The translations under genes were made by a program, and so were the position numbers. The notes beneath the pieces were generated by a model, which was not told where the DNA came from, did not search any database, and was given only the letters and a program-made list of their open reading frames with translations. DNA of 25,285 bases, from the IMG/VR virus record IMGVR_UViG_3300031420_000399; one strand, written 5' to 3'. This document shows positions 15,159 through 23,759 of this stretch, one piece after another (positions within the stretch are counted from its first letter, which is position 1; each line of letters starts with the position of its first letter). This DNA is from a virus. Its lineage: Duplodnaviria; Heunggongvirae; Uroviricota; Caudoviricetes.

Positions 15159-16322
15159 ATGAAGTCTCCAAAGAAAAAGATCCTACTGAGCTTGGCTGCT
15201 GCAGCAGCTCTCCCAGTTCTCCTGGCCACAGCTAGTAGTCCAGCAGCTGCTGCGACTAACTTCTCATCCCTGTCCTCGAGCGCTAGCGTATCGGGCTCTA
15301 AGGTCACCGTCTCCAGCTCAGTGAAAGCTGCCTCGTCAGTCACCGTGCAGAACTACAAGGTCTGTATTCGAGATTCATCGGGAGCCAACCGGGATTTTCC
15401 CTCCGCTGGTAGAACAGTCATCAGCCGGACAGGAACGCCCTTCAGGGCAACTGCAACCTTTGCGCCGGGAAGCTACAGCTACTTTCCCTGTGTGCAGAAC
15501 ATGAACGGCAGCTGGTGGAATGGCCCCACGAAGAAGTTCGCCGTGGCAGCTTCGGCTTCTACCCCGGCTCCTACGCCCACTCCGGCTCCCAGTAACCCAG
15601 TGACAGATCCTCCCAGTGTCGCCATGCCAGTGGGTGACCTCCCCGGTTGGAAGCAGACCTTCAAAGAGGACTTCACCAAGGATGCAGCTCTAGGTCAGGT
15701 CGGCGCTGTCTACGGGCAGTCCATCCGGGGCTACGATGGCTTCAGTGACACTTCGGGTCACGGTACCTACGCTCCGGATAGGGTGCTCTCCGTGAAGGAT
15801 GGGAAGCTCAACTACGCTGTCCACAGTGAGAATGGCAGGCACCTTGTCGCAGCTCCTACCCTCAACGACTACAAGGGTCAGACCTATGGTCGCTACTCGA
15901 TTCGCTTCCGGGCAGACAGCATGCCTGGGTACAAGATCGCCTTCCTTCAGTGGCCAAGCAGCGACCAGTGGAATGAGGGCGAGATCGACTGGCCCGAGGG
16001 CAACCTTGACGATGGCATGATGCGACCAGCACTGGCCGTTCCTGGTACCTATAAGGACGGGACCATGAAGTTCGTCCCCGACAGGGAGATGTTCGCTAAG
16101 ACCAGCGCTAAGGACTGGCATGTGGCCACCACCGAGTGGACCCCATCCGGAATGAAGTGGTACTGGGACGGAGAGCTCGTAGCCTCGAGCACAGAGAAGC
16201 CCTCCACCAACTTCCGCTGGACACTCCAGGCAGAGACTGAGATCAACGGCAGAATTCCCGCCAACGATGTGAAGGGTAACATCGAAGTCGACTGGGCTAC
16301 TTCGTACAGCTACGCAGGCTGA
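15159..16322 (+). CDS. Secreted glycoside hydrolase family 16-like protein (signal peptide, Ig-like domain, Pro/Thr linker, GH16 domain)
   Basis: MKSPKKK plus a hydrophobic core and AAA signal peptide; PAPTPTPAP linker; W...F.EDF, YGRYSIRF, GEIDWPEG (E-x-D-x-x-E catalytic motif), WHVATTEWTP, WYWDG. Confidence 0.85.
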   Translation: MKSPKKKILLSLAAAAALPVLLATASSPAAAATNFSSLSSSASVSGSKVTVSSSVKAASSVTVQNYKVCIRDSSGANRDFPSAGRTVISRTGTPFRATATFAPGSYSYFPCVQNMNGSWWNGPTKKFAVAASASTPAPTPTPAPSNPVTDPPSVAMPVGDLPGWKQTFKEDFTKDAALGQVGAVYGQSIRGYDGFSDTSGHGTYAPDRVLSVKDGKLNYAVHSENGRHLVAAPTLNDYKGQTYGRYSIRFRADSMPGYKIAFLQWPSSDQWNEGEIDWPEGNLDDGMMRPALAVPGTYKDGTMKFVPDREMFAKTSAKDWHVATTEWTPSGMKWYWDGELVASSTEKPSTNFRWTLQAETEINGRIPANDVKGNIEVDWATSYSYAG

Positions 16323-16338
16323 TTCCAGCTGATACATC

Positions 16339-16384
16339 GTAAGGGCGTCGGAGCTTTCGAGCTTTGGCGCCCTTACTCTTGTTT
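16339..16384 (+). terminator. Intrinsic terminator
   Basis: GTAAGGGCGTC-GGAGCT-TTCG-AGCTTT-GGCGCCCTTAC long stem with a UUCG loop, followed by TCTTGTTT. Confidence 0.8.
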
Positions 16385-16436
16385 GAGCTGAAGATAGCTT
16401 AGTATTCCCGCTATCAACGCTTTCATTGGAACTTAT

Positions 16437-19400
16437 GTGAAGCCTTTCAAGTTTCGGTATCATAGCAAGGTACGCCGAGCTAGGGAGCCCGACTTGAATT
16501 TTCAGAAGCTGTCATCTGGACTGCTACGATCTGTAGGAATGATCGCAGCAGCTTCTCTTTTAACTGGCTTAGCTGTCACCACGCCCACGGTTGCTAAAGC
16601 GGAATCGATTGAGCCTTCAGCTTCAAGTACTGCCTCAGCTTCGCCCTATTCGGAGTCTGAACCGGTTGCTTCTCAGCAAGCTACCGTAACTCAAAGCACA
16701 CCTCAATCTCAGTACTCCTTTTCCATCAGTGCTGACAGATCGGTCTTCTATACGGATGACCAGACTCCCAAGATCTCCATCGACCCGGGGAATCTCCCTG
16801 AAGACATTGCTGGCGGATGGTCTTCCGCCTACATGCTGTACTACATCGATGTAAGTACTCAAAAAGTGTTTTATGCGGGTGGATCTGCAAAATACGAAAT
16901 GAAGATTCCGCGCTTTACCAGGGATCCCTCCAAGACCTTTAAAGTGGTTGTTGCTAAGGCAGGTGGCGCTGGCTATAACACACTACCAGTTAGTCAGCTA
17001 ACTGATGTGATTGCTGAAAGCAATGAGATTACCATCGAACGGGGTAAGTGGGAGCTAACAATTGATAGCCAGCCCGACCATGTAGCTCCGGGTATATACA
17101 GAGACGAGGCTGTGGGGATCAGCTGGGAGACTAATCAGCCTATTAGCATGAGCTACCTGTCCATAGATGGGTTTGATCCTTATTACTCTATCTACTACAA
17201 AAACCTCAACACTGGAAAAATCACACAAGACCCTCCCGTTGGCTATGGCACGCTGAAAGATAGTCAACGGTTTGTGGCCGCAGAGGACGAGACTGCTAGG
17301 TACCAGTTCTACATCGCAAAGCGCTCAGATCCTACTCTTACCTCCGTTGATCAGTTCGAAGATGTTCAGGCAACTAGCAAAGTGATCGTGGTTCCTCCAC
17401 GGAAGTGGGGCGTGAAGCTCGGTGAGGCTACAAGCACCCCTCCTCAGGCTGGATTTAAGTCAGTAAGTCTGCCCTACACTGAAACTAGGTACATCACTGA
17501 GTCCCGGCTACAAGCGTTCTATGTGGAGGATGCAGCCTCAGGAAAGATCATTCGCACCTTCAGCGGTACGAATGTTCCGAACCCTCTTCAATTTACTGCT
17601 GATGAAGATGCTAACAGCTTCATCGTTCATGTTGCTAAGGTCGGACAAACCGTAGAGTACGCCTCTGAGCTTCAGTATCTTCAGACATCTAGCAACGAAA
17701 TTTACCCCGAAAGCGTTCCGGCGTCTAGCCAAGACTACTTCAATTCTGGCAGATTCCAGAATGGCTCCAATCCCGCAACTGCAGATTGTCAGCAACAGTG
17801 CTATGGGGATCCGATCAACTCTCTCAACGGTGAGCTCTTCGAGAACTCGGTCGATCTTGAGACAGATGGCGCCATCGGCCTGAACTTTGTTCGATCCTAC
17901 TCTAGCCTTCGGAGCGCTCAAGACGGTCCGTTTGGCCATGGCACAACCTTCAGCTACAACATGGCCATCCGAGGCAACAAGTCAAATCTGGACGATTCCA
18001 GTAGGCTTACAGTCATGCAGGAGAACGGCTCCACTGTGAGCTTCTCGGCGAGCGAAGAGGACGGCAAGCGAACCTTTTCGGCGCCTGCAGGTTTCCGAGC
18101 GACTCTCTCCGTCGATTCAACTGGAAACTATCTCTTCACTCGGACACAGAATCAGGACCAATTCAACTTCAATAGTGCCGGTGTGCTCACGAAAGTCATT
18201 GATCGCCTCGGCAATGAGGTCAGTCTGAGCTATACCGAGGGAAAGCTCTCAGCTGTAAGCAACGGTGTGAGCACCGTGACGATCAATTGGTCTGGTGGTT
18301 TTGTCAGTTCGATCACGGATGGTGCTCACACAGTGAGCTACAGCTACTCTTCCGGTAATCTTACTGAGGTCACGGACAGCAGGATAGCAGCTAAGAAGAA
18401 GTACAGCTACTACTCTGACAACCGAATCAAGACCATCACTCACCCCAACGGCGGAGTATACCAGACCTCTTACGGTTCGGACGGAAGAGTTAGCTCTCAA
18501 ACGGATCCTCGAGGTGGTGTAACCAGCCTTAGCTACGGCAGTGATCTTTACAACTCTGTGACTCAGATCACCCTTCCAGATGGTTCCAAAACTGTGGAGA
18601 GCTACGACAGTGACGGAAGGCTTGTTCAGCGAACCTTTGCTAAGGGAACAGCCGACGAGAAGAGCTATAGATTTAGCTATTCAGCAAAAGGAGATCTAAC
18701 GGCTCAGACTTCTCCCAGTGGTTTGGCAATCAACTACCGCTACGACAGCAGAGGTAATCTGATCTACCTTTCTAGCCCCGAGGGGTCTATCTACAGATTT
18801 GAGTACAATGATCAGAATCTGCTGACTAGAACTTTCAATCCGGCAGGTCAGATTTCGACCAACGAGTACAGTCCTGCTGGTGTGTTGCTCAAGAGCACCG
18901 ACTACGCTGGCAAAGTGACAAGCTTTGAGCACAACAACAAGGGCATGCTCACTGGTATCAAGGATCCCAACGGCCAAAAGACTGGACTGAGCTCAACCTA
19001 CGGCTATGATGATTCAGATCTTCTCAAGTCCACCACTGACACCCGTGGCAAGATCACCAAGTTCAGCTACGACAGCTCTCGGAATCCAGTGAAGATCACG
19101 GATGCTCTGGGCAACGAAACTGAGTTCAGCTACGCCAATGGCAATCCGGCACTCATCGAGCAGATTCGCTACGAGAACGGCTCCGTAGAGCAATTCTCCT
19201 ACGACGGTGCAGGTCGGCCAGTAGAAGCCATCGCCAAGGATGGCACCAAGACTCAGCGCAGCTACGATAGCATGGACAACCTGGTCAGTGTCACAACTCC
19301 CTACGGGACTACGATCTACAAGTACGACTCGAATCAGCGGCTGATCTCTGTGACCAACCCCAAGGGTGCGAAGGTCTCCTACGAATACACCGGCCTGGGT

Positions 19401-21800
19401 CTCCTCAAGAAGCAAAATCTACCCAACGGTAAGTCCACTTCAAAGGAGTATAGCACAGACGGACTTCTATCTGCAGATGTGGACAGTGCTGGCAATCGTA
19501 CTCTCTACGGCTACGGCGCAGACGGTAGGCTTGAGAAAGTCATCGATCCAGCTGATGGATTGACTCAGTTCAGCTACGACAAGCTGGGAAACATCACCCA
19601 GAAGGTCACTCCTGCTGGTATCTGGACGAACTACAGCTACACAGCATCCAACCAGCTCAAGTCCATGGACGAGAAAAGCCTTCGAAAGACTACCTACAGC
19701 TACGACAATAGCGGCAACCTCACCAAGACCCGCTACGCCGACGGCACAAGTGAACTACGGAGCTATGACTCTGAGGACAATCTAGCTGAGGTGACTGACC
19801 GGGAGGGAAAGGTCACAGCCTACAGCTACGACGGGCTCAACAGGATCTCGAAGGAAACTCGAGCAGATCAGAGTGAAGTCGGCTACAGCTACGATTCGGT
19901 CGGCAATCTGCTCTCGAAGGACTATGGCAGTGGCCATGTCTACGAGAATAGCTACAATCTCAAGGATCAGCTCCTCGAGTCGACCACACCCGAGGGCCTC
20001 ACCACTGAGTACAGCTACAATCCTGCGGGTGAGCTGACTTCTCGAGGGCCACCCCAGAGCAAGGTTAGCTACCAGTACAACAGCTACGGCGAAATCACCT
20101 CTGTAGGCTACCCTTCGGGCACTGCTGTGGACTACAGCTACGACGGGCTCGGGAATCTACAGGATGTCAGCAGCGCGGGAGATGTGCTTGCGAGCTACTC
20201 CTACGACGGTCGCTACAATCTCAGCGGATCGAGCTACGGCAACGGCACCACCGAGACCACTGAGTTCGATGCACTGAACAGGGCTAAGAAGTTTACCGTT
20301 GCCAAGGGCGCCGATGAACTCTACAGCAGGTCGCTGAACTTCAATGCCGACAGTCAGATCAGCAAGGCTGTTTCTAGCTTTGACGGAACTGTCGATCAGA
20401 GCAAGTCCTACCAGTACAGCGACTTTAGGACCATCAGCTCTTCCAGGGATGAGCTCAAGAATGAGACACAGTCTCACGGCTACGATCTCCTCAACAATCT
20501 GAAGTCCCTGGGTTCGAACAGCTACAGCTACGATGGCGCTTCGAGCAGGGTTGCGCAGGCCACAATCGGAGGTGTGGCCCAGAGCTACAGCTACGATGGC
20601 CGAGGCAATCGTACGCAGCTGAGTGATCCCTCGAAGACCGTGAGCTACGGCTGGAGCAAGTCCGATGAGCTCAAGTCGGTGAAGCTCTCCCCCACCAAGA
20701 CCGTCGGCTACGACTATGATGCGGAGGGGCTCCTTACGAGTCGCTCAGTCACCGGTGGGGCAGACGAGAGCTTCAGCTGGGACACTGTTTCAGGCTCTGT
20801 TCCCGTGCTCCTTGAGGACTCAGGCTTCGACTACATCTACGGCGCAGACTCCACGCCCTTCCTGCAGATCGAGAAGTCCACCGGAAAGCGCACCTATCTC
20901 TACGGCGATGAGCGTGGCAGCGTGGTGCTCGCCACCGACGAGGCTGGATCTTCCCTCTGGCACAGGGACTACGATGAGTACGGCTCGAAGTTCACACAGA
21001 CTCCCACTCCAGGGGCAGTAGGAACAGCAGAGGCGCGCTTTGGCTACGCTGGTGAATATCTCGATCCCGATACGGGTCTGTACAATCTGAGGGCCCGCTG
21101 GTACGATCCTAGCACTGCTAGCTTCCTCAGTCCCGACCCTGCGCTGCTTGTGACCGGAGAGCCCTACTCCTACGGTAGTGGTGATCCACTGAGCTACACG
21201 GATCCTCTGGGCCTTTGGTCCACCAAGGACACAGCCAACGCTGTAGCTGGAGCCATCGACGGCTTCATCGGTTTCCCGGTGGCGGCCTCGATCTCAAACG
21301 CCATCAACCCTGGCTCTGTGGACAGCTGCTCAGCTACCTACAAGGTTGCTAGCGCTGTAGGCACGGTAGGGTCACTCCTGGTCCCAGGATTTGGGGCAAT
21401 CAAGGGGGCGAGTCTCACTGCCAAGGGCATCGGGCTAGCGAGTAGGTCAGTCGGTAAGGTAGCACAGTTTGCTCCTGAAGCAAGTTCGGTTGCTAGCTTG
21501 TTCGAGAAACAGGTAGTATATAGGGCAGTGGGATTAGATGAGTTCAATGACTTAGCTATTCATGGAGCGTTCAGGGTCAAGGGTAATGCTATGGAAGGTG
21601 GAAAGTACTTCTTTAGCGATAAAAAGCAAGCTCTTGATTTTGCTGACTTTGACAAAAGCGTCGTAGCAGTGTTTTCAGCTAAAATAAAGAAAATCGAGTG
21701 GGAGAAATTGCCATCTAGACTTTCGTGGGTTGAGTCCTCTGGCAGGTTTGTGCCAGAACATGATTTGATCGGCCTTACAGGAATTGAGCATATGCTATGA
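16437..21800 (+). CDS. Secreted Rhs/YD-repeat polymorphic toxin, up to 1787 aa (start uncertain: GTG 16437 or downstream)
   Basis: Signal-like segment (GMIAAASLLTGLAVTTPTVAKA); GDPINSLNGE...FVRSYSS...GPFGHG (DUF6531-like); many YSYD..G.L YD repeats; core motif RFGYAGEYLDPDTGLYNLRARWYDP...FLSPDP...YTDPLGL (cleavage motif at 21201); variable C-terminal tip. Confidence 0.95.
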   Translation: MKPFKFRYHSKVRRAREPDLNFQKLSSGLLRSVGMIAAASLLTGLAVTTPTVAKAESIEPSASSTASASPYSESEPVASQQATVTQSTPQSQYSFSISADRSVFYTDDQTPKISIDPGNLPEDIAGGWSSAYMLYYIDVSTQKVFYAGGSAKYEMKIPRFTRDPSKTFKVVVAKAGGAGYNTLPVSQLTDVIAESNEITIERGKWELTIDSQPDHVAPGIYRDEAVGISWETNQPISMSYLSIDGFDPYYSIYYKNLNTGKITQDPPVGYGTLKDSQRFVAAEDETARYQFYIAKRSDPTLTSVDQFEDVQATSKVIVVPPRKWGVKLGEATSTPPQAGFKSVSLPYTETRYITESRLQAFYVEDAASGKIIRTFSGTNVPNPLQFTADEDANSFIVHVAKVGQTVEYASELQYLQTSSNEIYPESVPASSQDYFNSGRFQNGSNPATADCQQQCYGDPINSLNGELFENSVDLETDGAIGLNFVRSYSSLRSAQDGPFGHGTTFSYNMAIRGNKSNLDDSSRLTVMQENGSTVSFSASEEDGKRTFSAPAGFRATLSVDSTGNYLFTRTQNQDQFNFNSAGVLTKVIDRLGNEVSLSYTEGKLSAVSNGVSTVTINWSGGFVSSITDGAHTVSYSYSSGNLTEVTDSRIAAKKKYSYYSDNRIKTITHPNGGVYQTSYGSDGRVSSQTDPRGGVTSLSYGSDLYNSVTQITLPDGSKTVESYDSDGRLVQRTFAKGTADEKSYRFSYSAKGDLTAQTSPSGLAINYRYDSRGNLIYLSSPEGSIYRFEYNDQNLLTRTFNPAGQISTNEYSPAGVLLKSTDYAGKVTSFEHNNKGMLTGIKDPNGQKTGLSSTYGYDDSDLLKSTTDTRGKITKFSYDSSRNPVKITDALGNETEFSYANGNPALIEQIRYENGSVEQFSYDGAGRPVEAIAKDGTKTQRSYDSMDNLVSVTTPYGTTIYKYDSNQRLISVTNPKGAKVSYEYTGLGLLKKQNLPNGKSTSKEYSTDGLLSADVDSAGNRTLYGYGADGRLEKVIDPADGLTQFSYDKLGNITQKVTPAGIWTNYSYTASNQLKSMDEKSLRKTTYSYDNSGNLTKTRYADGTSELRSYDSEDNLAEVTDREGKVTAYSYDGLNRISKETRADQSEVGYSYDSVGNLLSKDYGSGHVYENSYNLKDQLLESTTPEGLTTEYSYNPAGELTSRGPPQSKVSYQYNSYGEITSVGYPSGTAVDYSYDGLGNLQDVSSAGDVLASYSYDGRYNLSGSSYGNGTTETTEFDALNRAKKFTVAKGADELYSRSLNFNADSQISKAVSSFDGTVDQSKSYQYSDFRTISSSRDELKNETQSHGYDLLNNLKSLGSNSYSYDGASSRVAQATIGGVAQSYSYDGRGNRTQLSDPSKTVSYGWSKSDELKSVKLSPTKTVGYDYDAEGLLTSRSVTGGADESFSWDTVSGSVPVLLEDSGFDYIYGADSTPFLQIEKSTGKRTYLYGDERGSVVLATDEAGSSLWHRDYDEYGSKFTQTPTPGAVGTAEARFGYAGEYLDPDTGLYNLRARWYDPSTASFLSPDPALLVTGEPYSYGSGDPLSYTDPLGLWSTKDTANAVAGAIDGFIGFPVAASISNAINPGSVDSCSATYKVASAVGTVGSLLVPGFGAIKGASLTAKGIGLASRSVGKVAQFAPEASSVASLFEKQVVYRAVGLDEFNDLAIHGAFRVKGNAMEGGKYFFSDKKQALDFADFDKSVVAVFSAKIKKIEWEKLPSRLSWVESSGRFVPEHDLIGLTGIEHML

Positions 21801-22132
21801 GCTTTTACGCAATTAAGATCGAGCTTCTTGTTCAGATCGACAGATGGAAGATTATAGCCGATAATAGCTATCGACATCTTCGCTTTTCTCCAAGTGAAAG
21901 CGGGGAGTACTTTGCGATCAACAATTTGAGTGAAATTGACAGCGAACTTTTGAGTGCTAACGGGCTTAGAGTTACTGGCTGGTACCCAGGTGATAAGCAG
22001 GGTCTCAATACCATTGGTACGCTACACTACGGCCCTAACATGGAGCTACTGGGATCAGCAAGAATACTTGAAGTGGGGCCAGAAGTGGGTCAGTTGAAAG
22101 ACTACCTCAGCTTCTTATCTAGCAGGGAATAG
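21797..22132 (+). CDS. Putative cognate immunity protein of the Rhs toxin, 111 aa
   Basis: ATGA overlap with the toxin stop. Small, acidic, and with the same AT-rich composition as the toxin tip. Confidence 0.75.
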   Translation: MSFYAIKIELLVQIDRWKIIADNSYRHLRFSPSESGEYFAINNLSEIDSELLSANGLRVTGWYPGDKQGLNTIGTLHYGPNMELLGSARILEVGPEVGQLKDYLSFLSSRE

Positions 22133-22232
22133 TTGGCAATGTGCCTAGCTCTTTAGGAAGAAAACGAACACGGATTCGATAAGGGAAAAAATTGGTAGCG
22201 AGTATGATCTCGATACAGAATTCATTGACCGT

Positions 22233-22469
22233 TTGAGAGACGAGCTTATCTTCGATGAGGAAAAGGCCGAACGCTATCTAGTCACACTTGCTTCGCTAGA
22301 AGTTAGAGAGTCAATCAGCATTGAGCTTGCTAAGCTCATCTGGAATCTTCCTGTAGTGTTGCAGTATCAGCTCGAACGAGCAGAATCTGGCAGTGATCTT
22401 CATGAGCAAATCGAAGGTGTGCTCAACAGTACTGTGAACATTTTGATCGATCTGATCGGAGCTCCTTGA
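22233..22469 (+). CDS. Putative second (orphan) immunity protein; the open frame extends upstream to 22149 without ATG/GTG
   Basis: The frame is open from TAG 22146-22148: ...SEYDLDTEFIDRLRDELIFDEEKAERYLVTLASL...ISIELAKLIWNLP, an acidic helical protein in the low-GC cassette. The start is non-canonical or decayed. Confidence 0.5.
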   Translation: MRDELIFDEEKAERYLVTLASLEVRESISIELAKLIWNLPVVLQYQLERAESGSDLHEQIEGVLNSTVNILIDLIGAP

Positions 22470-22524
22470 GTTCGACCTAAGAGATTTAGGTGTCCTGTCG
22501 ATGCACCATCCCTCGGTGCTTAGA

Positions 22525-22530
22525 TATAGT
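22525..22530 (+). promoter_or_regulatory. -10 element TATAGT, likely leaderless start of glf
   Basis: TATAGT lies 5 nt before ATG 22536, with no SD. Confidence 0.4.
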
Positions 22531-22535
22531 ACTCC

Positions 22536-23753
22536 ATGACGACAGATCTACGAACAGAGAGCAGCACCATGACAGCAGGGAACCACTACGACCTCCTCGT
22601 AGTAGGAGCGGGACTCTTCGGTCTCACCGTGGCCGAGCACGCAGCCAGCGAGGGCCATCGCGTCCTCGTCCTCGAGCGCCGGGAGCACATCGGAGGCAAC
22701 GCCTACGACGAGCTCAACGAGGAGACCGGCGTGACCAAGCACATGTACGGCTCCCACCTCTTCCACACTTCCAACGAGAAGGTCTGGGACTACCTCAACC
22801 GCTTCACCGAGTTCGCTCCCTACGAGCACCGGGTCTTCGCCAACAGCGAGGGGCAGGTCTACTCCTTCCCCATGAACCTCGGGCTCATCGGCCAGGTCTA
22901 CGGCAAGTACTTCACCCCAGAAGAGGCCAAGGCGCTCATCGCACAGGAGGCCTCTGAGATCGACTCCGCCGACGCCAAGAACCTCGAAGAGAAGGCCATC
23001 AGCCTCATCGGCCGGAAGCTCTACGAGAAGTTCATCGCAGGCTACACGGCCAAGCAGTGGCAGACCGATCCCAAGGAGCTCGATGCCTCGATCATCACCA
23101 GGCTCCCCGTGCGCTACAACTTCGATGCTCGCTACTTCAATGACCGCTTCCAGGGTCAGCCCGCCCGGGGCTACACGGCCATGTTTGAGGCCATGGCAGC
23201 CCACCCGAACATCGACATCCGCTACGGCGTAGACTACCTCGCAGGCCGTGCTGAAGGCCGCTACGACGGCATCCCCACCGTCTACACCGGCCCCCTGGAC
23301 GAGTACTTCGGCTACGAGCTCGGAAGGCTCCCCTGGCGCACGGTCGATCTCATCGACGAGGTCGTAGATGTGGATGATTTCCAGGGCACTGCAGTGATGA
23401 ACTACAACGACCGGGATGTGCCCTTCACTCGGATCCTTGAGCACCAGCACTACGACCCTCAGGCAGCTGAGAACAAGGTTGACGGCAAGACCATCATCAC
23501 CCGGGAGTACTCGCGCTTCGCCGAGCCGGGCGACGAGGTCTACTACCCGATCAACAGCGATGAGGTCCGAGAGCTCGCAGCTGCCTACAAGGCCAAGTCC
23601 AAGGCTGAGGAGGATCACAATGTGTTCTTCGGAGGGCGCCTATCGCAATACCTGTACATTGACATGCATCAGGCTGTGAGCAGCGCCATGCACCTTTACA
23701 GCAAGAAGGTGGGCCCTCTCCTGGCCGATCATGCAACTTCTAGCGAAGGGTAA
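22536..23753 (+). CDS. glf: UDP-galactopyranose mutase, 405 aa (alternative start 22569)
   Basis: FAD motif VVGAGLFG..VA, ERREHIGGNAYD, H.YG.HLFHT, GYTAKQW, RLPVR...D.RYFND.FQG.P..GYT, YTGPLDEYF, YPIN, GRL..Y.Y.DMHQA. Confidence 0.95.
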   Translation: MTTDLRTESSTMTAGNHYDLLVVGAGLFGLTVAEHAASEGHRVLVLERREHIGGNAYDELNEETGVTKHMYGSHLFHTSNEKVWDYLNRFTEFAPYEHRVFANSEGQVYSFPMNLGLIGQVYGKYFTPEEAKALIAQEASEIDSADAKNLEEKAISLIGRKLYEKFIAGYTAKQWQTDPKELDASIITRLPVRYNFDARYFNDRFQGQPARGYTAMFEAMAAHPNIDIRYGVDYLAGRAEGRYDGIPTVYTGPLDEYFGYELGRLPWRTVDLIDEVVDVDDFQGTAVMNYNDRDVPFTRILEHQHYDPQAAENKVDGKTIITREYSRFAEPGDEVYYPINSDEVRELAAAYKAKSKAEEDHNVFFGGRLSQYLYIDMHQAVSSAMHLYSKKVGPLLADHATSSEG

Positions 23754-23759
23754 GTAGCC

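Noticed and set aside
18300-20720. Recurrent TACAGCTAC(GAC) DNA repeats resembling a repeat array or CRISPR
   Set aside because: They encode the YSY(D) motif of Rhs YD repeats, have irregular spacing, and lie in frame inside a CDS.
22139-22156. ATG at 22139 as start of the second immunity-like gene
   Set aside because: It is in a different frame and stops after five codons (MCLAL*). A frameshift cannot be shown from the sequence alone.
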